Positions 39,401 through 52,100 of a DNA stretch of 62,273 bases are shown piece after piece. A model generated the notes under the pieces. That model did not search any database. It had not been told where the DNA came from and saw nothing but the letters and a program-made list of their open reading frames with translations. A program made the position numbers and the translations under genes. Each line of letters opens with the position of its first letter. Position 1 is the stretch's first letter. Source of the DNA: Octopus bimaculoides (lineage: Eukaryota); the NCBI RefSeq assembly GCF_001194135.2, contig NC_068981.1, forward strand, positions 187,027,109 to 187,089,381, written 5' to 3'.

Positions 39401-42400
39401 AACTTAAAAGCTTTGGAGTGTAAACTATATAAATGAAATTTTAAATGTTATGGTATAAACAATACTGACATATGTACATTATTCATCTTCAAAAATAAGA
39501 AAATCTATTCTAAGACCCTAATACAAAAACCATCTAAGTTACATTGATTTTCAGGCAACTTGTGTACATTTTGGGACTGTGGGTCTTTAATTCTACTGCC
39601 AACAGAATCAACAATAAATGTAAATATAATGTAAACACAGAAACACACACACCAAGAAACACATTCATATATACACAGCATTGGCCAAAAATCCAGAGCA
39701 CTTTCAGCAAATAAATGCCTTCAACAGACAAATTAAAAAGAAATGTAGCATGAGGGTCATATGTATTTGGATGAAATGTGTGACCTGGCTAGTCTTTTAG
39801 ATTATATGCACAGTTCATCTGACAAACTTTCATACTGTTTCTGTTAACTCGATTTCAAATTCAAGAATTTGGTGGACATGGGACTACAGTAAAAGACATT
39901 AGCTCAAGATGCTACACAGGGAAATCAAATGATTGTGATAGGAAAATGAATTTCTTAATCACACTTGCATATTTATATGCAGACCCAAAACAAATGTGTG
40001 TGTAGATAATGGAAAAAAACTCATAGATGTGTAATGTTAACCAGCACAAACAACAGCACAAAGGAACTGAAAGAAAAAAAACTTGCTATAAAAGGAATAA
40101 ACTATGACATGCAAAATAGAAACCTGCACTAGTTATGTGTATGAAGGATGACAATGGGGTACACATGTGCAAGCAATCAAATATGAAAAGATCCAAGGAA
40201 AGAAATTCATGAACTGTTTGATTTTTTTTGCTTACATAAGCATAAGCAGTAATGGAGAAAGGGGACCCTTAGTCTTGTCTTGCATGTGCCAGATAAAATT
40301 CAATGAAGTAGATTTTCTATGGCCTAATGCTCTTATCACAACCGCTCACCTCTTTCCAAGCAAGGTTGCTCCTAATCTTTTGACCACAAGCAGCACAATG
40401 CCCAGGATTGTTTCCATGAAAGATTGCAAATAAATGAGACCACTTGTATGATGGTTATATTCATTTAATGTCAAAGCAAGGAAATATGAATATACAGAGG
40501 TGAATATGATGGGCTTCTTTCAGTTTCTATCTCCCAAATCTACACATAAGGATTTGGTTGGCCCAGCTACAAAAGACATTTGCCCAAGATGTCATGCAGC
40601 AGGACAGAGTCCAAGACCACATGATTGCAAAGCACACTTCTTAACCATGTAGCTATGCATCCACCTCTATAAATACATATATAATGCTGAGGGAAAGAAG
40701 AAAAAAAGAAAGGAGAGGAAGAGATGCAATGCAGTTTGGTCTTGTGCCAGGAAGGGCTATTACTGATGCCATCTTTCTAGTGAGACAACTTCAGAAGTAT
40801 CTCACTGGGAATAAATCTCTATAACTAGCATTTGTTGACCTAGAAAAAGCTTTTGACAGGATTCCTCATTGTGATCTGGTGGTCACTAAGGAAGTTTGGA
40901 GTAGATAAACGGCTCGTCAGAGTTGTACAAGCCATGTACAGAAGCGTAGTCAGCAGGGTGAGGGTGCAACAGGACTGTCCTCAGACCCCTTCTGTTTATT
41001 TTAGTCTTCCAAACCATATCAGACTTTGAGACTGATTACCTATGGGCATTTCCTTATGCTAAAAACTTAGTTCTTATAGCTATAGCAGAATTCTAGACAG
41101 GAAAACAAAACTTAAAATTGAGAGGCCTCCAAGTGAATTTAAAAGTGACTAAGTTATAAAGAGGAAGGAAGACTGGACCAGACTACCTTCAGAAGAATGG
41201 CTATGTTTGATATTTAGAAAAGGAGTATGTAGGAATTTCATATGATGCACCCAGTATAAACTACAGATGCAAAAGAGGATCAGTGGGATCATAAGCAGAC
41301 TAAGAGAGAAGGTAAACTTCACATGTGGCAGGTACACAGGATCGGTAAGTACTTAGAGCACATGTGAAATAGTCTCCCTTCAATGCCCATTGCAGCTCTA
41401 CGAGTAGTTGATAGCTTCTATTAGTTAGGGAATCAAATTAGGAGTAGGGTGGGTGTTCTGAAAGCATAGTAACCAGAATAAGGACCGATTGGGAAATGGT
41501 TAGGAAGCTATTGTCTCTGCTGGCAACAAAGGGCTTTTCCTTCAGAGAAAAGAGATTGAATGCTGCCTGCATGTGAAGCTTGATGCTACATGGTTATAAG
41601 AGGACCTGGAACACATGATTAGCAAAGTCTAAAAAGGAATGGAACAAACATGTTCTGATGAAAGTGTAATGCTGGAGTCCACATACAATCAAGCACAAAT
41701 AAATCAAAAGAAGAACTGAACACAAAGGGAGTCAAATACAATGCAAGAGAGATGATTTAATATGGACATGTGATGTACATGTAGGACAGCTGTATAAATG
41801 CTGCATGCTCAACATAACTGGAACCTGTGGAACCACGCCTAATATCAAACAAGCTTTTTCCTTCATACTCTTACTTTCATCTTTCCTCTTCTCAATTTCA
41901 ATGCACTATGCCACCAGTGAGACAAAGGATGGCAGTGAATGTCTTGTATTCACCTATATTGCTTCCAATGTAACAGGATGCCACTGGATATATCTAAGAC
42001 CCACACCAACACTCCACCCGTCTCCCCTTTCTCATCTTTACCATTCTAATGTTTTACCTATCTTGAAACATATACATAACAAACCTAATCCAATATACAT
42101 GTAACTCATACACTATACTCCCTCCCTCACTGGTCATTTGATATCAATGTCTATCACTTACTCTGAAAGGTATGTAGAGATTGGGCTAAAAATGGAATGT
42201 GTGAGCATTTGAGTCCAACCCTGACTCAAACTAACAACTTAAACAAGGAAAATGGATGGATTGTAATGAAGATTATACTAAAAACTTTTTATATTTTATT
42301 TTCCTGCTACCATGAGTTGTGTAGAGTTTTTTTCTGAGGCAGCATCTCACAGCCAGAGACTCTCCCTATCTTCAATTATTTGTAGCTACTTTGCATGACA

Positions 42401-45400
42401 TACAGGAAAGCAGTGTACCTATTCTAAAAGCAGGATTCAAATATACATCATCCTTACTGAAACAGTTTCTGAACAAATTCAAAGAAATCAATTAACCCTT
42501 TTGTTACCATATTTATTTTGAAATGCTCTGGGCTTCTTTCAATTAATTTTAAATATAACAAAGAATTTTGTAAAATAACTTAGTCATTATAAAGCTAGTG
42601 TTAGTAACATAAATTGTGACTACGGTTTGGTGCAAGATTTTAATTCAAAACTTATGAAAACAGAACATTTGTGCTACAGAGCCAGAGATGGTTTCAGCCG
42701 GGTTGGTATAGAAAGGGTTAAGAACATTATCAATTTTTCACAACCATCATCATTTTGACTAAGACGTGAATTTTAACAACTTCTGCATTTTAAGAGAATA
42801 ATATCAGTTGAATCATACAAAACCACAAACCACAACTGAATTTTGGCTATGAAACATGCTGATTAATAAAGTGAGAGTTGCTTTAGATAAAGCTAACATA
42901 TATCTAAAGGAAAAAAATGCTTTAACAATTCAGCATTTGGAAAGATATTCTTGCAATTTTCAGAGAATTTTATGAAAGCTATTTTCTGTAGAAATCAATT
43001 ATTTCCATTGATCTGCAGCAACTCTAACCAGAAGTTAGGTTTGCAATCATAACTGATGAATCAGTTGAATGATTAGATCTAAAATATATATTACTGATAC
43101 AATAATTACACAGAAACCAAAGCAATTTATTCCAACATGTAGATACCTAAACTGTAACATTACAATAGTTTAATGAACAGTTTTTTTTCTTCATTATGCT
43201 GAATATCATTAATGAAACTAATCTATTTCGTAACAATCTCAACTGTAGACAACTTGTATTTTTTTTTAATGAAATTATGACTGATATCTAATATTCAGAA
43301 TAATTTTGCTAAAATACGTATTCTGGTAGCAATAAAATAGCCTTCCTTTGCCCCCAAAAATTACATTTGCATCATGAATCTTTTTATTAATTCAAGTCAT
43401 GTTAGACAAAAAAATATAATAAAGGGAAGTAACCATGCAACGTTGACAATTTAAAAAAGGAGAGGCCATCCTATACTTCATATTTTATTATATATTTCAA
43501 CTTTATGCGGCTGTTTCACTATACTGCTAACAATGCTTTCTCTTCTTCCTCAGACTAACAATTTTTTTTTTTAATCATTACAAAACTTCTTACAGCAAGT
43601 AGGTCTTTTATAAATTGTTAGCAAATTCCAGAATTTGTAATGAAATGTTACAAAGGAACAAACCAACTGACAATGACAAAGTAGAGACAATAGGATATTT
43701 AACAAATTACATGTTCATACCATAAGTAAAACTTTGAAAATTCTAAAACTGCTTCATATAAATATTCTTAAACATAAGAAACTGACAAGAGTCAGGCAGC
43801 ATTTATCAAAATGAAGATTTTATTTCACACTTGATTCAAGATAACACCCACAAAACAAACAGATCCATTTTGATAAGAAGCAAGATAACTTCAATGTTCT
43901 GGAAATACTCTTAGCCATTTAGCATTCTGATTACTGTCAAATGTAATGCTTATTTATTCACATCGTTTTGAATTAATCATATATTATCTCATAGCTTTGA
44001 GATTTCAACGATGTGATTCTATATTTCTAGAATGACATTGTAGGCTTGGTGTGAGAGATTGGATCTGGTTGATTTGAATGCAAAACAGGTAGAATACTTG
44101 TACCGGATATGACCAGTTTAAATGCTAAAGGACTAAACAGTGTGGATAATTCTAAATCCAGTTAGCATGTGTACCTAGAAATCTCTGGGTCTAAACAAAA
44201 GAGTATCAAATTAAATTAAACACCATGAATGAATTTATTTAATTGAATCATACAACCCCAGGACTGAATTTTAGATGGTGAAATCCACTAACTGATAAAA
44301 AGAATTATTAGTCATTTCACACAAAGTTGACATATGCCTCAAAGTGAAAATGTTTAAAATTCTAGCATTTTGCTAAACAACATTCAGTTTTTACAAAGAC
44401 TGGTTTCTATTCCATTGATTTGTAATACCTTCAATCAATGTAATTCTCTTAATCATCAGAAGTTGGAGTTGCAATCATTCACTAAAGAGCCATATTGTTA
44501 ATTAGACCACATTTGTATAAATATTGTACATATCTCAATATAACCACTTCACTGATAAATGTACAAGTGCCTGTTTTTCCTGACTTATGGATTCTTAGAT
44601 GACAAAATTAATTTTAAGTCAAAAATTTCATACAAGTACAGTTTACTTCTTAAAGTCAAAAGAAAGAAAAATTGATGAAAAACTTGATGATGCCCTCAGC
44701 CAACTTTTGTTCCCAGCCGTTTAGCATAGGCATTAACCACTTCAGTCTTCAATGGACAGAACACTCAACTGAGTCAGGGAGTGAAATTTAAATTCATAGA
44801 TGTAAGAAACAGCCAACAATGACTTCAACTTATAATTATCCCAACAGATTATAATTGTGTAATGAGTGACATTGTTTTTTTCTTAAAATTAATGCTAATT
44901 TTCTATTTCATAATCTGGACTGGTTTGAGTTCAAATCAACCAATGTAACTCCTGTTTTGATAGTAACCTCACTTGTGTTAGCATTTTCCAAGATACACAC
45001 CTTATAGAGAACACCTAAAGAAATAATTCAAAATAGTTAACTTCTGGCCAGGAAAATCACTTTTGCATTGCGAGTCCAGTTTTAAATTTTGTCATTAAGT
45101 CAAATTTTTAAAAAAATAATAATTGAGGGGAAGTAACTACGTAACAGTGACAATTTATATCGAAAAGGTCATCCAAACTATATCTTTTTTTTTTTTTTTA
45201 ATCTTTATCCAGTTCTCTATATACTGTAGTTTTAGTTGATTTGAAGAACCTAAACAACTACTTTGTCTCTTTCCTCAGATGAGTGAAATAAAAAGAATGA
45301 AAAATATCAGCATTGTATGGCTTCACACAGAAAGAGACATTTCTATTTTGATCATCAGGAATTTCAAATGAAATGTTGCAAAAAGAACAGCTCTGAACAC

Positions 45401-48400
45401 CTTGCAGTGTTACTAAAACTCCAGATGTTGCTTTTCAATTTTATTACTTTAATTTGACAAATACTAACAACAAAAAAAGTTAAGACCATCAAGCTAAATC
45501 AAAATAAGATATACACAATAAAATATTTACACTGTAACTAAAAAATTTTTAAATTATAAAACTATTTCATGTACTCAAATATAAGAAACTAACTGACAGG
45601 AGTAGTCAGGTAGTATTTCTCAAAATTTGAGATTTTATTTTACACACCTGACTCAAGATAATACCCACAAAGTGAACAGTTCATCTTGGATAAGAGGCAA
45701 GAAGAAGCTTCAATGTTCAGGGCAAACTCTTAAAAAGTGTGTAAATAGCAAATCCATAAACATGAGGATATAATAGAGTAAACATCAAACTAATGTTGAA
45801 AATGATGCTGGAAAATGCTGGCCCTTGCCAACAGGTATCCTAGTTGCAAAATACTTTTAGCTTAACCAGTGGTTCTCAACTAGGGTCCCATATTACCCTT
45901 GGGGGTTCACATAAGATTTTGTTGCTGGAGTTTATGTGCAATAAACTGGTTATACTTCTACAATACATAATATTTATTATTTTTTTTTTATACATAATAT
46001 TTACTTATAAAAATACTTAAGATTCTTTTTAAATATTGAATTGCTATGGGGGGGGGGTCCAATAAAGCAAAACAGAAATCAAAGGAGTCCAATAGGAAAA
46101 AATTGGTTGAGAAACACTGGGTTAAACTGCTAGGTACATGTACAAAAGATGGTGGCGAATTCAGTCAAAAGACTTCTAACCAGTGTAGCTTTCAACCAGG
46201 AGCAGTCATCAATCAGGTGTGTCCGACTTTCCTCAGGCATTTCAACCCTAAAGCACATCTTCAGCAGTAATGACTAGTTAACAGTCCATCTGGTTTCCAG
46301 CATAATCCCTGCAGCTGGTTAAAAAGCCAGCAGCATGTCTGCTCTTCTGCCTATCCCAACCTGCAAGCAGTTATCTTCCTCTCCCTTCTTGCCACCCCCA
46401 GAGCAGTCAGCATCTTCCACGCCAAATGTACCAAGAATCTCCTGGAAAAAGTCAAACCTGCCAAACTTCTCCCACCTCAAAAAAATGAGCAGAAGAATAT
46501 GCAAATATTTAAAAAATTCATATCTCTTCTAATTTCTGCATTATCACTAGATGAAACAGTATAGTGTTTTTTTTTTTTTTTGCTTAGTCATCATTGAAAA
46601 GTATTTCATATATATATAACCAAATTAAACAAGCTGTCTTTCAACTGGCCTGTAAAATACATGAACTTGATAATTTATTTCAAGTGTACATGATACATAC
46701 AATAACATGTGACTAATTTGTAATGAATTGAGGCTTTTCTAAAGCCATCATAAAACACATTGAATTGTAGTAGTTTGCTACACAGGATCTACTAAAGGAA
46801 AATTTTTTAAATATCAAAATAATGGTAAGTGATGCACAGGCCCTGCAATGCCCTAGCCTGGACAGTTTTATCTCTGAATGGTCCCTAATGCAACATTTCA
46901 AATTAAATTCAATGATCAATCTATTTAACATGACAAATAGCCTAGCAAAGAATGATGTTCCAGCAATGGTTCTTTATGCAGGCATCAGATCAAACTGGCA
47001 ATACACACACTATTATAGCTTCTTTCTAAACTTATGAAGAATTCCACAATGGATACAATTCTACCCTATTGACCAAATGTATACAATAAAGTGACAATTA
47101 GATGCTCAAACAAAATGCAAATATTTACATTTGTGAAAAATATTCCAGCCATACAAGGACCTGATAAACGCATGTTTAAAATTAAAACATATACTATGCA
47201 ATATGCATTTTCATCATCATCCACTTTTCCATGTTCACATGGATCAGATAGAATTTGTCGAGGTGGATTTTCTTCAGCTGGAAGCCCTTCCAGTTGCCAA
47301 GCCACACCTGTTTCCAAGCAAGGTAATATTTCCCCCATGACCAGATATGTTTTCAGATAAGACTGGAAATGAAGGACACTGCTAGCTTAACTGTGACATT
47401 CGTTTACAACTATCACACAAAGTTACAATAAGGAGCCACTAACACATGCGCATACACACACACACATCAGGGTTCTTTCAGTTTCTGTCAATCAAATCCT
47501 CTGAAAAGACTTGTTCGGCCCAGGGCTATAGAAGACACTTGTGCAAAGTACCACACAGTGGGACTGAACCTGGAGTTATGTAGTTGAGAAGCAAACTTCT
47601 TATCACAGCCATGCCGGCACCTATCCACACTTAAGCCTTCACTAATAAACATATGCATTTTTTTTTTTTTATATATCGTTTTTTTTTTTTTTCTTCTCTT
47701 TACCCACACGCCGAAAATAAATTATTGAAATCACTTACCTATATTTTTGTCGTCCACTTCCTTTTTGGTCTGTTCAGAAATGATTTCTTTATTTTCAACT
47801 TCTTTTTCTACATTATTTTCATTACCAATTACTTTCCCTTTCTTCTTAGCCATTTTGTTATTACTATTATTATTGTTATTATTGTTGTTGTTGTTGGTGG
47901 TGGTGCTGTTATTATTGTTGTTGCTGTTATTGTTGTTGTTATTACTATTAGGTAAACTAACAGAACTAGACTGTTCTTTAATTTTAGACTCGACAGGAGA
48001 AAGTTTTTCGTCAACAGTAGTTTGTTGTATATCTCTATCTACTAAAACTTCTTTTACTCTATCAGTATTTTCACTCGATTCCTGGGAACTTTCATCAAAA
48101 GACTGTTCACTTTCACGCTGTTTTCGCCGTAGTTCTTCCTCTGCAAAGCAAGATGTTCAAAATAAATTAGCTGCTACAAAATCAAAATCAATAATGAAAA
48201 TAGTCTACAAACAAGCAACGTGTATAATTAACTGAAAAACAAAAATCTATAATTTCTGAGTAAAAACAAACGAAAATAGAATATTCAAAACGCTGAAAAA
48301 TACATTGCAAATTGCACCAGAATAGATTTTATTAATACAAGATAAACTCGAAATTTTTCTATAAATCTATAGAATTTTTTTTTTTTTTTTTCGTCCAAAT

Positions 48401-48885
48401 CAGACATTTATCTTTCGAGTTAACAGCAATAACTTAATGACAAATACAAAATTAAAAATACAATTAACACAAACTCTGTATTATCTGACATATTAAGAAG
48501 GAACGTTCAGATGGTCTGGATCAAGTAAGAGTTTGTTTAATCACTTTCTAAAGGTATAATAAATCTAATTTTTCAGCTTTATTAGATCGAAGAAAAAGGG
48601 GGAAAAATGCATCCGGTTTTGTTTTTTTTAAGAATGAAATTTATGAAATGCAAAAAATTATATATATATATAATATATAACGTACTGTTAATTGGGGATA
48701 GAATTGCGTCCATTCGATNNNNNNNNNNNNNNNNNNNNNNNNNNNNNNNNNNNNNNNNNNNNNNNNNNNNNNNNNNNNNNNNNNNNNNNNNNNNNNNNNN
48801 NNNNNNNNNNNNNNNNNNNNNNNNNNNNNNNNNNNNNNNNNNNNNNNNNNNNNNNNNNNNNNNNNNNNNNNNNNNNNNNNNNNNN

Positions 48886-48930
<45 letters not shown>

Positions 48931-49159
48931 CACAGCCAGATCCGCCATATCTGGTGGATGATGATAAGCAGGACCAAAGAGTAAGAAAAACCAGCAAAGA
49001 TACAAATTGATCGAATCATAAAAAAGTGAATCGTTTATTTCAATAAAAGAGAAATTTCCATTCGTAAACACTCAACAAAACCTGCAATATACACGCACAC
49101 ACACATACATACATCAGTGAACGTATATATACATATATGTGTGTATATATACATATATA

Positions 49160-49190
<31 letters not shown>

Positions 49191-52100
49191 GTAAGTTTAT
49201 AATAGAAGGCTAAAGGGCCTCCCCGCTTCTGGCACTGAGCAAAATTTCACAAAGGTTAGAACAAAGCAATTTATCCTTACAAGATAGATTGCTTTAGAAA
49301 GAAGCGCAGGAGTAGACAATGGAATAAGATTTGTTCTAGATAAGAGAATAAGGAACAGAAAGGCTGAACAAAATTTTTTTACTGAGAGAGAGAGAGAGAA
49401 GGAAAAAACGGAGAAATATGAAGTGATAAGCATTGAAGCCATCCCGACATGGAAAATATTATCATCACAACGAGAAATAATAATGTTGAATAAAATGAAG
49501 TGAAGACATTTCGTCGTCATGTTTAAAGATTCTTTTGTGAAATCTAGGTGGAAGATCTAGAAAGATTAGTGATTAGCCGAGCGTAAGAGGGGAGATTGTG
49601 GTTATTGAAAAGGAAAGAGTGAAAGGGATATGGAATGAATAAAAGCAGTCATTTCACACAGATTATTTGTAGATGGAGGTGGCGGCGACCTTGCTTTAAA
49701 ATGAGGACAAAAGATTTGCAAAGAGATGGGAAATAGCTGAATAAATAAATTAGATTATTTCGGCTTTCGTCTCGTTTAAACTGTAACTGCTTAGATTTAC
49801 ACGTTTCAAAAATCTCTATCCGTATAATCGATGCTATTTCGCAAAAAAGCCACCGAAATTTTTTTTGTTTCTTTCTCAATAGATTCGGCCATTTGTATAT
49901 ATACAGAAATAGTCGAAATGTGGCAGAATTACTTCCCAACGATAAAACGAATGCAACTGGGAAATAATCTAATGTACGACTGATTTACTGGGTTCGTTTT
50001 AATGTTTACTTTGTATATTAAATGCAAAATATAATGGTAACAGATATTATTTTTCAAGTAGAGTAAATTAGAAATACGTCTAATACTTACATCCGTTTCC
50101 TCTGAATGAGGAAGGCGAAACGCAGCAAGGTCATATGTTCGTTAAATACATTCTGGCATTCTACTGCACTAGGATTAGCAAACCGATTGACAGAATGTAG
50201 TTCGGTTAAACTAAGATTATAACTTTCGCTTTGTTAAACATTTATTAATTTTTTATTATTATTATTATTATTATTACTATTATTCTTACGGTGATTATTT
50301 AAAATTAACGACTAAAAAAAATATCTGAAGACTTAAACTACTTTTAAATTGGCATTTTCTTTCACATTTACTGAGACGATAGAGAATGAAATTTAAAGCT
50401 CTATTTTTTTTTTAATTTTATTTTACAAACTTAGGGGTTCAATTAAAACTGATAAAATACTACAATAAAAATTACAAAATAATTATGAAACAAAATAGTG
50501 CAAAACATTATTCTAAAAATAATATTTCTGATAAATATGCAAGCCTATCTATGTGTGTGTGTGTGTGTACGTGTGTTTGTAAAACATTTTACAAAAGTGT
50601 TGTTTTCATTTAGTTAAAAACCTTGGATATTTGCCACCAGAACAGAAAATAACTAAACAAAAAAAATTACATATATTTATTCAGTATGAAATTCCTAAGA
50701 TAATGAAAGACAGACATATTATCCTCATAATCATATGGTTGAAAACAGAAGAAATCAAGAAAACTATAAATGTTCTGTCACCAAAAACGAATCTAGTCCA
50801 GATGGTGCCATGTTAAAAATATGAGAGAGAGAAACAGTGCCACCTTAAGACATCAGCACACTGGGCAATTACTAGGGGGCCCTCATGGGTAACTGGGCAA
50901 TTACTAGGGGGCCTCATGGGTAACTAGGCAATTACTAGGGGGCCCTCATGGGTAACTGGGTAATTACTAGGGCCCCCTCATGGGTAACTGACCTATGTAT
51001 GCTGTGGTTTGCTGTTGAATAAATAAATATTATAGGGTGCAGTGCATAGCTTTGCCCAAAAGTCTATAATGCTGTGAAGATGACCCTAGAGAGAGAAGTC
51101 TAATATTTTGGGCAGAATACATTCTTCAGAGAAACAAAAGATGCTGTTTCATTTCTCTCTGCCAGAAATGGCAAACTTTTCTTCCTTGCAGCAAAAAATT
51201 TATTCTACTGCTGAAATCTCGTTTGTATATCTTATAACTGTTTTTATGTTGCTATTTCAATCAGTATCCTTTGCCTGACTTCAGTCAGGATTCCACAGTT
51301 TTACATACTAAATTACAAACAGTTAACATCTGTCCAGTCCAAGAGACCACTCAACAATGATCACAACGGGCCTACAGATCACAACCAGCAAGTTAGTTCC
51401 TCCACTTTGGTAAAATCATGAATGAGAAATAGGAACAAAAGGGTTTTATGCTCACTATTGTGAGCATAAAATGGAATAAAGTGTAGAGTACAATTCGAGG
51501 GAGATTTAGCTGTTAGTTCTAACAGGCCAAAAAAAAAATCATGCAGTGATTCCCTGGTTGGACATTTCAAAAAGCTAATGGTAAATCAATATTCTTCTCT
51601 TTGATATACATTACTCAGCTATTTTAATAACAAGTTATCATGGATTAGGATATTATATTCTATATCAAAAACTGTATAAAGGGAACGTGTCTAGCAGTTA
51701 TTGCTTGCAGGACCAAGCTGTCGACTGATTTATCAACCATTAAAATGAAAAAGAAACAGTCCATATGTAGGAACTGAATTAAAATATGGCATGCTTAATT
51801 TCACTACGCATATTTTGGTCTGCATATATTAAATATAACATTTCAAGTCTTAGCTGAAACTTATTAAAATTTCACAACAAAGAAATATCATAGGTATAAA
51901 GATGTGGGGAAAAAATTATGAATTACCACCAGTTGTTTTTGCTGTGAATAAAAGTCAGCTATGAGAAGAAGAATGAATGAAAGAAAAAAAAGAGAGTTTT
52001 CTAGTTTCAAAATGTTAAATTTAAATGCAAAGTATTCTCTCAACAGATTTCTTCAGTAAGAAATCAACGACTTGGTCTTGAAGACAGGAGTTGGATCACC

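Noticed and set aside
47653-48235. Plus-strand poly-Leu and poly-Val/Ile 'membrane' ORFs
   Set aside because: They are the antisense shadow of the ACIN1 poly-Asn exon. The same applies to 1848..2099, 5354..5623, 19627..19875 and 39076..39309.
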